A stretch of 64,000 nucleotides of DNA from Ardenticatenaceae bacterium (GTDB lineage Bacteria > Chloroflexota > Anaerolineae > Promineifilales > Promineifilaceae), in assembly GCA_020634395.1 (NCBI GenBank), contig JACKBU010000014.1, forward strand, positions 16,118 through 80,117, given 5' to 3'. Both the position numbers and the translations under genes were made by a program. This document shows, one piece after another, positions 1-8,295 of the stretch (the stretch's first letter is position 1; each line of letters opens with the position of its first letter). The notes beneath the pieces are model-generated. The model did no database searches and was not told the DNA's origin. It was given only the letters and a program-made list of their open reading frames with translations.

Positions 1-2
1 AG

Positions 3-1013
3 CAGTATGACGGCCAACTGCCACCCAAAGAGGATTTGTTATACGCCATCGTCGGCAGTTCCGTGGAGACGCTGGATGACCCTTACACGCGCTTTGTAGA
101 GCCGGACGTGGCCGCTCGCTTCCGCGAAGACATGGGCGGTTCAGTAGAAGGCATCGGCGCGTTTGTGCGCGAGACGGAAGACGGCTTTGTCGAGATCGTG
201 CGCCCTATCGATGGGCAGCCGGCGGACCTGGTAGGTTTGCAGGCCGGTGACCTGATCATCGGCGTGGACGGCGAATCGGTGGTCGGACAAACCATCGACG
301 AGGTGCTGTTGAAGGTGCGTGGCCCACAAGGGAGCGTGGTGACACTGACTGTTTTGCGCGACGGTGAGGAGGAATTGGACTTTACCGTTACGCGTACGCG
401 CTTCGAGATTCCGATCATCGAAAGCCAGATGGTCACCGACGACATCGGCTACGTGCACCTGACGGAGTTTAACGCCAACGCCGAGGAGAAAACGCTGGAA
501 GCGATTCAAGACCTGTTGGGACAGGGTGCGCAAAGCCTCATTTTTGATTTGCGGGATAACCCCGGCGGCTTCCTGGATCAGTCCATTGGCGTGGCCGATT
601 TGTTCCTGGCCGATGGCGTGGTCTTGTTCGAGCGTAACAACCAGGGGCTGGAAGAGACCTTTACGGCCGAAGCGGGCGACGAGGCAGAGGACATTCCGAT
701 TGTGGTGTTGATTAACGCGGCCAGCGCCAGCGCGTCGGAGATTGTGGCGGGCGCTTTGCGGGATAACGGCCGTGCCGCTCTCATCGGCGAAACCACCTTT
801 GGCAAAGGGTCGGTGCAGCAGCTCCACACCCTATCCGATGGCTCCGAACTGCGGGTAACTATTGCCCGCTGGTATACCCCGGCCAACGTCTCCATCAGCG
901 ACGCCGGCATTACCCCGGACATCGAAGTTGTCTCCCCGGATGATTTCACCCTGGGCGGCGAAGGCGATACGCAGCTGCAGCGGGCCATCGAGTATTTGCA
1001 GAACGGGCAGTGA
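3..1013 (+). CDS. S41 family C-terminal processing peptidase (PDZ + peptidase domains), 5' end cut by window edge
   Basis: Frame is open back to position 3. PDZ-like GLQAGDLIIGVDG. S41 motifs DLRDNPGGFL and NAASASASEIVAGALRDNGRAALIGETTFGKGSVQ. Confidence 0.9.
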   Translation, partial: QYDGQLPPKEDLLYAIVGSSVETLDDPYTRFVEPDVAARFREDMGGSVEGIGAFVRETEDGFVEIVRPIDGQPADLVGLQAGDLIIGVDGESVVGQTIDEVLLKVRGPQGSVVTLTVLRDGEEELDFTVTRTRFEIPIIESQMVTDDIGYVHLTEFNANAEEKTLEAIQDLLGQGAQSLIFDLRDNPGGFLDQSIGVADLFLADGVVLFERNNQGLEETFTAEAGDEAEDIPIVVLINAASASASEIVAGALRDNGRAALIGETTFGKGSVQQLHTLSDGSELRVTIARWYTPANVSISDAGITPDIEVVSPDDFTLGGEGDTQLQRAIEYLQNGQ

Positions 1014-1054
1014 GGGATGGTGTGCAGGTGTAAAGGTTCTCAGGTATTCCGGTA

Positions 1055-1111
1055 CTTGAACACCTGCACACTTGAACACTTAAACACCTGAACACCAGAT
1101 CACTTAAACAC
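1055..1111. repeat. five direct copies of YTRAACAC just upstream of smpB
   Basis: cttgaacac, cttgaacac, ttaaacac, ctgaacac and cttaaacac read directly in the 118-bp spacer before the smpB start. Confidence 0.6.
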
Positions 1112-1131
1112 TTAAGCAAACGTGTAAAACC

Positions 1132-1602
1132 ATGACGAAGACACAAGGCGGCATCAAAGTTATTGCCAAAAACAAGCGGGCGACCTTCGATTTTCAGCTT
1201 CTGGAGAAGTTTGAAGCAGGCATCTCGCTGAAAGGCACCGAAATCAAATCCATCCGCGACCATCAGGTGAACTTGCAGCGCAGTTACGTGCAGGCGCGCC
1301 GGGGGGAGTTGTGGCTGGTGGACATGCACATTGCGCCCTACGTGCACGGCTCCTACGAGAACCATGATCCGGTACGGCCGCGCAAGCTGCTGCTGCACCG
1401 GCGCGAGATCAACAAGATCATGGACCAACTGGCGCAGAAAAGCCTGACGGTTGTGCCGACGCGGCTGTACCTGAAAGACGGCCGTGCCAAAGTAGAAATC
1501 GCTCTGGCCCGCGGCAAACAAAAACACGACAAACGCCAGGACATCGCCAGGCGCGACGACGAGCGGCGTGTAGAGCGGGCATTACGAGAAAAGTATCGGT
1601 AG
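1132..1602 (+). CDS. smpB: SsrA-binding protein SmpB
   Basis: 156 aa. KVIAKNKRATFDFQLLEKFEAGISLKGTEIKSIR and LLLHRREINK are typical of SmpB, with a basic C-terminal tail. Confidence 0.95.
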   Translation: MTKTQGGIKVIAKNKRATFDFQLLEKFEAGISLKGTEIKSIRDHQVNLQRSYVQARRGELWLVDMHIAPYVHGSYENHDPVRPRKLLLHRREINKIMDQLAQKSLTVVPTRLYLKDGRAKVEIALARGKQKHDKRQDIARRDDERRVERALREKYR

Positions 1603-1622
1603 GGGAAACGGCCGTTTCCCCT
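1601..1622. terminator. perfect 22-nt palindrome AGGGGAAACGGCCGTTTCCCCT between convergent genes
   Basis: Overlaps the smpB stop (1600-1602) and the stop of the minus-strand gene (1621-1623). GC-rich stem built on the ACGGCCGT octamer. Confidence 0.6.
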
Positions 1623-3801
1623 ACTTGTCTTCCCCCGGCAGCTTAAACAGCAAAAACAACGTCAGAATAAACACAAATACCACCAGCAGCACCTGCACCA
1701 TCAGCGCCGAAGAGCGAGGCAGCGCCGTCGCTGGGGCATTCTTGGCAGCTGGGATAGCTTTCGGCGCGGGTACAGCTCCCTCGCCCACCGTCTCTACCAC
1801 GATGGTTCCCTCCGTCAGCGTCAGCAAATAATCGATCACCAGCTGCAGTTGGGCCGGGCTGAGGCGGCTTTCATAATCGCGGGGCATGATGTTGGGGATG
1901 CACGGGCCGTTGGGGCAGTCCGGCACGATGAAGGCGTTGGGGTCCAAAATGGACTGGCGCAGATATTCTTCAGCGCTCAGGCCAGGGACACGCGACCCGG
2001 CCACCAGACCGATGCCGGACAAATCCGGGCCCACCTTATGGCCTTCACCCAGCGCGCCAATTTTGTGGCAGGAGCCGCAGCCGGAGTTGAGGATGATGTC
2101 CTCAGCGCCTTCGCCCTGAACAGGGCGCGGCGTAGGCGTGGGGGCGGGTGTGGGGGTGTCGGCGGGCACAGCCGTAGCCGTGGCCGTCGGCATGGCGGCC
2201 AGTTCCTCCTCGGATGGCTGCACCAGTTCGCCTGCCGGCCGGGCAATCAGGAAGGTCTCGCACATGTTGATGCCCGGTTCGGGGTCTGGCGAACACCAGT
2301 AGGGCTCGCTCTTTTTGCTCTTCAGCAGCGGCACCCACCACAAAACCGGATCATCGCCAGACACCGGGTCGCCTTCCATCCACTGACGTGGCGGCACAAA
2401 GGTGTCGCCGGGGCCGGTCTGAATAGGACCGTCGCCTTCGCCTTCCTTGTACTGCAGCAAAAATACACGGGCTTCGTCGAGGCCCAGCGGGTCGGTGCGG
2501 GTCATTTGCCAGCGATAGTGGGTTTCGCCGTCGAAGGTGGCCAGTTTTTCGCCTTCCGGCGACAGGTCGTCGACGAAGGGGAAGAATTCGCTTTCGGCAG
2601 CGACAGGCACCCACTGGTTGGTGTCCCAGGCCCAGACTTCGTCTCCGCCACGGCCGTTTAACGTCAAATCCACGCGCCAGAACGGCCGGTAAACAGACAG
2701 GTCGTCGCAGCCGGGGCCGTGGGAGACAAAACCGAGGTCGAAACGGCCGTCATCATAAAAGCGCATGATCTCTTCATAGCGGTAGCAGCAGATGCAGTTG
2801 GGCCAGTGGGTGAACTCCGTAAACAACTGGCGCACTTCAAAGCCGTTGCCCAGGTCCGTTACCTGCGTATCGCCAAAAGGCGGCACCGAAGCGCGGAAAC
2901 CAATTTCGTCACGATAGCCGCCGGGCCAGCTGGGATACCAGGCCTCGATCTGACCAATCTTGGCGCTGGCAAAAATGGGCGTGCCTTCAAACGAGGCGTC
3001 ATAAAAGTTAATGCCGTCGCTGGCGGTCATTTCCCAGCAGACATTCCAGCCGTATTCGTCTTCTTTGCAGCCATCGGTGAAGGCGTAACGCTGCGGCTGC
3101 GGCGCGGCCACCGGCAGTTCGGCCCGGCCGCGTGTCATAAAGGTGCGGGCCACGCGGTTTTGCTGCATGTTGACAAAGACGTGGACGATCTTGCCGCTGC
3201 CGGCCGGGTCCTGGTAGGTCAGGTCCACACACCAGTCGTCGCGGCAGGCATCATCGGCCAGCCAGCCCGACATGGGAATCATGGCCGGGTCCATATCCAG
3301 GCTGCCCAACAAGTTTTGCACGCCAGGATCGGCGGCGGCGATGTCCAGGGCTTTGGGCAGGATGAATTCGCTGCCGCCGGGGCGGGCGTCGGGATTGGCC
3401 CAGCGGTCAACAATACGGCCGTTGCTGGTGTTGAGGATGGCGTTGACCGTGCCGCCGTGAGTGTAATCGTAGAGGGAGATGTGGACGCAGTTGTGGCTGG
3501 CGCAGCCGGCGTCTTGCCAGGGGGCGGCCTCGCCGGCACCCAGGACAACGGCGTCCAAAAAGTCGTAGTCGTCGCCGCCGAGCATGGCCAGCAGGCCGGC
3601 ATCGGCGAGGGCAATGGCTTGCATTTGCTGCTGGTCCAGGCGGACCTGGGTCAGGGCGGTCATATCGTACATCGCTTTGCCCTTGGCCACGGCCACGGCG
3701 ACGGTGTTTTGGTGGCGATACTGGTTCCAGGCAAAGCTGCCGGCCAGCAGCAGCCCGCAAAAGAGGATCAAGAAGAGAATGCGACGAGTGCGTCTATTCA
3801 C
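1621..3801 (-). CDS. membrane-anchored ~726-aa protein with C-terminal class I cytochrome c domain
   Basis: CGSCHK (CxxCH) heme motif with a downstream NIMPRD Met candidate. TP-rich linker and hydrophobic helices near both termini. Start moved to GTG at 3801, preceded by GAAGGAG; the longer ORF to 3864 reads through a repeat element. Confidence 0.6.
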   Translation of the reverse strand: MNRRTRRILFLILFCGLLLAGSFAWNQYRHQNTVAVAVAKGKAMYDMTALTQVRLDQQQMQAIALADAGLLAMLGGDDYDFLDAVVLGAGEAAPWQDAGCASHNCVHISLYDYTHGGTVNAILNTSNGRIVDRWANPDARPGGSEFILPKALDIAAADPGVQNLLGSLDMDPAMIPMSGWLADDACRDDWCVDLTYQDPAGSGKIVHVFVNMQQNRVARTFMTRGRAELPVAAPQPQRYAFTDGCKEDEYGWNVCWEMTASDGINFYDASFEGTPIFASAKIGQIEAWYPSWPGGYRDEIGFRASVPPFGDTQVTDLGNGFEVRQLFTEFTHWPNCICCYRYEEIMRFYDDGRFDLGFVSHGPGCDDLSVYRPFWRVDLTLNGRGGDEVWAWDTNQWVPVAAESEFFPFVDDLSPEGEKLATFDGETHYRWQMTRTDPLGLDEARVFLLQYKEGEGDGPIQTGPGDTFVPPRQWMEGDPVSGDDPVLWWVPLLKSKKSEPYWCSPDPEPGINMCETFLIARPAGELVQPSEEELAAMPTATATAVPADTPTPAPTPTPRPVQGEGAEDIILNSGCGSCHKIGALGEGHKVGPDLSGIGLVAGSRVPGLSAEEYLRQSILDPNAFIVPDCPNGPCIPNIMPRDYESRLSPAQLQLVIDYLLTLTEGTIVVETVGEGAVPAPKAIPAAKNAPATALPRSSALMVQVLLVVFVFILTLFLLFKLPGEDK

Positions 3802-4060
3802 AAAAGGACTCCTTCGGCAAGATTTCAACGCAGAGGCGCAAAGCCGCAGAGATGTAGTGAGCATAATCTCACTGGTCTCATTGCCTGCGTGTTGCTGGGC
3901 CGCCGCGTTTGTTGTCTCTGTGGTGGAACGGCCGTCTGACGATCATGGCGCTGATTATACCGTGTGCCCTAACCGAGAGGTAACGCTGACGGCGCACTGC
4001 GGTGAAACGGCCGTTCCCCTTTTTGCGTAAAGAGAGTGTCGTTTATCAACCATCGGGGAG

Positions 4061-5083
4061 TTGACCACTGGCGACGACCCAACAATGGCAGCAAACATGG
4101 TCACCTTAGCAGAATTTGAAGATCTAAACACCCAATTAATTGCCACCCGTAAACTCATCCGCGAACAGGAGCGCCTGCTGAACCTGATGGCCTCGCTGGA
4201 CGAGCAGCTGCGCGAGTCACGCCGCCGCCTTTCCAGGCTGGTCACGCGCCTGAAGTATGAGAAGGCCGACGTACAGGCTTTAGAAAGCCTGAGCGTAGAG
4301 GCGGTTTTTTATGCCTTGCTGGGCCGGCGCGAGCAGCAGTTGGCCCGCGAGGCCCAGGAGTACCTGGAAGTTAAAATGGAGACGGCCGCCTGCCGTCTGC
4401 GCATTGACAGCCTGGAACGCACCCTGCAGGCGCTGCAAGCCGACCTGGTGGACATTGTAGGCTGCGAGGAAGAGTATGCGCGGCTGCAGCAGGCGCAGGA
4501 AGCGCTGATTGTAGCCCTGGGCGCGCCGGAAAGCAGCCGCCTGGCGGAAACGCTGCGGGCCCTGGCCGTCAATGTGCAGTTCCAGAAGGAGGTGCGTGAA
4601 GCGGTAGAGGCCGGCGTGGCCGCCCTGGCGCGTTTAACGGCCGTCACCGATGCCCTGCTGGAACTGCGCTCCTGGGATGGCGTGTGGAGCATGGAGTTTG
4701 CCGAGGCGGGAAACGGCCGTTTCGCCCAGGTATTTGCGCTGGCCCACGAGGCCCAACCGCTGCTGGATCGCTTCCAGGCGGAATTGGTGGACGTGGAGCG
4801 GCAGTTCTTTAGCCCGCTCGACATGCGCATCCCGGCGCAGGCTGCGCCCACGCTGGTAACCTTGCCGGGCGCGCTGCTGGATCTATTTTTCCCCGAAGCG
4901 CAGGTTCCTGGCACGTTGCGCGATTGGTATACCTACCTGACCCAACTGCAGCGCCGCCTGCAACTGCGGCTGGACCTGCTGCAAGAGAGTTTGCAAGCTG
5001 TGGACGGCCGTCTGCTCCATCTGCGGCAGCAGCGGGCCGACCTGGTGGCCGCGTGCTGGGCGGCGGAGCGATTTGGCGGCTAG
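4061..5083 (+). CDS. hypothetical coiled-coil protein (start uncertain, ATG at 4085 possible)
   Basis: 340-aa ORF with coding-like composition and long heptad-like Leu/Glu/Arg-rich helices. No family recognised. Confidence 0.5.
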   Translation: MTTGDDPTMAANMVTLAEFEDLNTQLIATRKLIREQERLLNLMASLDEQLRESRRRLSRLVTRLKYEKADVQALESLSVEAVFYALLGRREQQLAREAQEYLEVKMETAACRLRIDSLERTLQALQADLVDIVGCEEEYARLQQAQEALIVALGAPESSRLAETLRALAVNVQFQKEVREAVEAGVAALARLTAVTDALLELRSWDGVWSMEFAEAGNGRFAQVFALAHEAQPLLDRFQAELVDVERQFFSPLDMRIPAQAAPTLVTLPGALLDLFFPEAQVPGTLRDWYTYLTQLQRRLQLRLDLLQESLQAVDGRLLHLRQQRADLVAACWAAERFGG

Positions 5084-6324
5084 GCCCGACCCAGCGCCCT
5101 GGCCACATGATGCACCAGCCGCTCGGCCACGGCCGTTTTGCTTAGCAGCGGCATCTCTTCCACCACCCCCGCCGAACTGAGCAGCACCACGCGGTTGGTG
5201 TCGACGGCAAAGCCCGCGCCTTCGGCCAGCACGTCGTTGACGGCGATGAAGTTGAGGCCCTTGCGTAAGAGTTTTTGACGGCCGTATTCAAACGCGTCAT
5301 GGGTCTCGGCGGCGAAGCCCAGCGACACGCGCGGGTAGCCGGTCTTCTCGCGCCGCTCCTTCACCGCGCTCAGAATGTCCAGCGTTACCTCCAGGCCAAT
5401 GGCCAGCCCCCAGCCGCCGTTGCCTTCCTCGTCCTGCTCCGTCTTTTTGATTTTGCGGTCCGACTGCCGCTCCGGGCGGAAATCGGCCACGGCGGCGACC
5501 ATGAACAGGGCGTCGGCGTCGGCGGTGGCCGCCAGGACGGCCTCGCCCATTTGCTGCGTCGTCTCCACGTCGAAGCGCGTCACGCCCTGGGGGGCCGGTT
5601 CGCTGATGGGGCCAGCGATAAGCGTGACCCGCGCCCCGGCGTCCAGCGCCGCCTGGGCCACGGCCAGCCCTTGTTTGCCCGTGGAGCGGTTGCTGATGTA
5701 GCGCACCGGGTCCAGCGCTTCCCGCGTCGGGCCGGTGCTGACGACGACGTGCAGCCCGGCCAGCGGGCCGGACCGGGCCAGGGCCAGGCGCACGGCGGTC
5801 AGCAGTTCGGGCGGCTCCACCATGCGGCCTAATCCGCTCAGGCCGGAAGCCATGCGCCCCTCGGCCGGGCCGACAAATTCCACGCCGCGCTGCTGCAGCG
5901 TGGCGATGTTGGCCTGGGTGGCGGCGTGGTCGTACATGCCGCCGTCCATGGCCGGGGCCAGCAGGAGGGGACAGCGGGCGGCCAGCGCCGTCACCGTCAG
6001 CAGATTGTCGGCAAGGCCGTGGGCCAGTTTGGCGATGGTGTGGGCAGTGGCCGGGGCGATGAGGTAGAAATCGGCCGTTTCGCCCAGCCCGACGTGGCGC
6101 ACATGGTCGTCCAGGTCCCACATCGAGGTGAAAACCGGCCGCCCGGTGACGGAGCGGAAGGCCAGCGGCGTGACGAACTTCTGCGCCGCTTCGGTCATGA
6201 TCACGTCGACTTGCGCCCCGGCCTGGGTGAGTTTGGAGGCCAGGTCGATGCTTTTGTAGGCGGCGATGGAGCCGCTGACGCCGAGAAGGAGTCGTTTATT
6301 TTGTAAAAGGGTGATGGGTTCCAT
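5080..6324 (-). CDS. coaBC: bifunctional phosphopantothenoylcysteine decarboxylase / phosphopantothenate-cysteine ligase
   Basis: 414 aa. N-terminal flavoprotein motif LLGVSGSIAAYK. C-terminal CoaB-like ISNRSTGKQG and AAVADF. Confidence 0.95.
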   Translation of the reverse strand: MEPITLLQNKRLLLGVSGSIAAYKSIDLASKLTQAGAQVDVIMTEAAQKFVTPLAFRSVTGRPVFTSMWDLDDHVRHVGLGETADFYLIAPATAHTIAKLAHGLADNLLTVTALAARCPLLLAPAMDGGMYDHAATQANIATLQQRGVEFVGPAEGRMASGLSGLGRMVEPPELLTAVRLALARSGPLAGLHVVVSTGPTREALDPVRYISNRSTGKQGLAVAQAALDAGARVTLIAGPISEPAPQGVTRFDVETTQQMGEAVLAATADADALFMVAAVADFRPERQSDRKIKKTEQDEEGNGGWGLAIGLEVTLDILSAVKERREKTGYPRVSLGFAAETHDAFEYGRQKLLRKGLNFIAVNDVLAEGAGFAVDTNRVVLLSSAGVVEEMPLLSKTAVAERLVHHVARALGRA

Positions 6325-6502
6325 AGTTCACTTGTTGGTCATCCGTTTTCCGTGGTCTGTGGGGTGTATTGTCGCAGAAAACGGCCGTGTGGACTAGATT
6401 CGGTTAAGAAATGGGACGCGGATTGTTAGGGATGCGGCGGATTTTCGCGGATACAAATCAGCTCTAACCGTTCTCCGTTCATTGTTATCTGTTGATTGTT
6501 AG

Positions 6503-6586
6503 GCACCGCCCGCACAATGCCATGCACTACCCGCACAGTGCCATGCACCGCCCGCACAGTGCCACGCACCGGCCGCAATGCTCTCA
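6503..6586. repeat. 21-bp tandem array A (about 4 copies, unit GCACCGCCCGCACAGTGCCAT)
   Basis: Units at 6503, 6524 and 6545, plus a degenerate unit at 6566, read directly. Confidence 0.85.
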
Positions 6587-6593
6587 TCCCCAC

Positions 6594-6950
6594 GGGGATG
6601 ACCATTGAGAACACGGGGATGACCATTGAGAACGCGAGGATGACCATTGAGAACGTAGGGATGACCATTGAGAACATGGGGATGACCATTGAGAACGTGG
6701 GGATGACCATTGAGAACACGGGGATGACCATTGAGAACGTAGGGATGACCATTGAGAACACGGGGACGACCCTTGAGAACGTGGGGATGACCATTGAGAA
6801 CACGGGGATGACCATTGAGAACGCGGGGATGACCATTGAGAACATGGGGATGACCATTGAGAACATGGGGATGACCATTGAGAACGTGGGGATGACCATC
6901 GAGAACACGGGGATGACCATCGAGAACACGGGGATGACCATCGAGAACGC
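6594..6950. repeat. 21-bp tandem array B (17 copies, unit GGGGATGACCATTGAGAACRY)
   Basis: Exact 21-nt periodicity from 6594 to 6950. Variation is almost entirely transitions within a 3-4-nt window. Intergenic, between the coaBC start and the stop of the DHH gene. Confidence 0.95.
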
Positions 6951-7012
6951 AGGGACGGCCGTTGCCGTGGCACGCTCAGCTGTTGGCCGCCAGGGAAACG
7001 GCCGTTTCCCCC

Positions 7013-8167
7013 TCAGCGTTGTCCGTTGCGCGCTCTGCGTTCGCTCTCTGCTTCGGCGGTTACCCCAATTTTAGCCAGGATCTTGCGCTTCACCTGGCTG
7101 TCGAATACCCGCCACTTCAGGTCGCGATAATCGTCGGCATGATTGCCCGATAGAAATCCGACTGGAATTTCAAAACCACCGGCCGATACTTTGCCGCCGC
7201 CATAATAGTGCCCGGCCGTATTTTTGCCGAACGCCTCTTTGATAAATTCATCCGGGTTGATGGTGAGTTTGGACGTGCGCATGGAGCCTTCCAACTTTTC
7301 TACCTGATCATTGTGGATCACAATGCCATAAACAATCGCCGTATGCACAATGCCCTCGGTCAGCAAAAAGTCGGCCGCCTGGGGAATGGCGTCCCGGTCT
7401 TCGGCACGCAGATAACCGGCCCCGGCAATCGAAAAATTTTCCACCAGAATGCGATTGCCCAAAGCCTTATGGATAACTTCCATCACTTGCTTAGTGTGCG
7501 ACTGGTTCATAATCTGGTCCAACATGGGCGCATCCACAAACTGGCTCAGGTAAGCGGCCGCCTGGAAATCGGCTTTGCCGGCGTGAATAAAATTGTTGGT
7601 GTCGGTAATAAGACCGTGCATCAGGCCGGTGGCGGCGATGGTAAATTCTTTCTTGGCCGGATTCATCTCGATCACGCCCTCGGTCAGGTATCCGGCATAG
7701 ATAGTGGCCGTCGCCCCGACAGCGCGCACGTCTAGAAAGGTGGGCTGCAAGCGGTCCTGCGGTTCGTGGTGGTCGATTACAATAAGCGGCGTGACGCCGG
7801 CTTTCTCCAGGGCAGTGGTAATCGCTTCGCAGGTTGTGCCCTGGTTGTCAATAAAAACGGCCGCATCATACTGCCGGGGCAGTTCACCCTGATACTTCAC
7901 CAGCTCCAGGTCCAGCAGGCGCACCAGGGCAATATTTTGTTCATGGCTCACCCGCCCGGCATAGAGGATGTCGGTTTCAATCCCATATTCCGCGCTGATT
8001 AGCTGGTGGGTGTAGGCGCAGGAAATAGCATCCGGATCCGGAAAGTCTTGCAAGACAATCGCGTGATAGTTTCCCGAATGGGCAGTCAGGATTTGTTTTA
8101 GAGTGGAGGCGGAATGGTTGTCCTCTAGAAGCAGTTTAACGTTAGGAGTTTCTTGTTTTTCCATCAT
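7013..8167 (-). CDS. DHH/DHHA1 family phosphoesterase (NrnA-like)
   Basis: VIDHHEP DHH motif and a C-terminal GGGKVSAGGF DHHA1-type motif. Start at the ATG-ATG pair (8167) or at GTG 8197. Confidence 0.8.
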   Translation of the reverse strand: MMEKQETPNVKLLLEDNHSASTLKQILTAHSGNYHAIVLQDFPDPDAISCAYTHQLISAEYGIETDILYAGRVSHEQNIALVRLLDLELVKYQGELPRQYDAAVFIDNQGTTCEAITTALEKAGVTPLIVIDHHEPQDRLQPTFLDVRAVGATATIYAGYLTEGVIEMNPAKKEFTIAATGLMHGLITDTNNFIHAGKADFQAAAYLSQFVDAPMLDQIMNQSHTKQVMEVIHKALGNRILVENFSIAGAGYLRAEDRDAIPQAADFLLTEGIVHTAIVYGIVIHNDQVEKLEGSMRTSKLTINPDEFIKEAFGKNTAGHYYGGGKVSAGGFEIPVGFLSGNHADDYRDLKWRVFDSQVKRKILAKIGVTAEAESERRARNGQR

Positions 8168-8295
8168 GTTGTTCCCATGTAGACAGCCGCGAGCCACGGC
8201 TCACGAGCTTCAGCGATATAAAGTTGTAAGCGAAGGCAGGCTCGTTGCCAGACGAACCTGCCTTCTTCTTTCCTTTACCAACTGTGTGGCAAGGA

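Noticed and set aside
2719-3939. Long antisense ORFs typical of GC-rich DNA (also 17616-18977, 21786-22655, 46295-47293, 59835-60869, 56724-57647)
   Set aside because: Each lies opposite a gene with clear family motifs. Their products are Arg/Gly/Ala/Pro-rich low-complexity sequences without recognisable domains.
6503-6950. Possible CRISPR array
   Set aside because: The units abut with no unique spacers, the unit is 21 nt, and no cas genes or leader are present.
6426-7074. Three long ORFs (171, 192 and 129 aa) encoding heptad repeats such as MVIPVFS and GMTIENx
   Set aside because: They are open only because a stop-free 21-nt unit is repeated 17 times. They overlap one another on both strands and lack RBS and start context.
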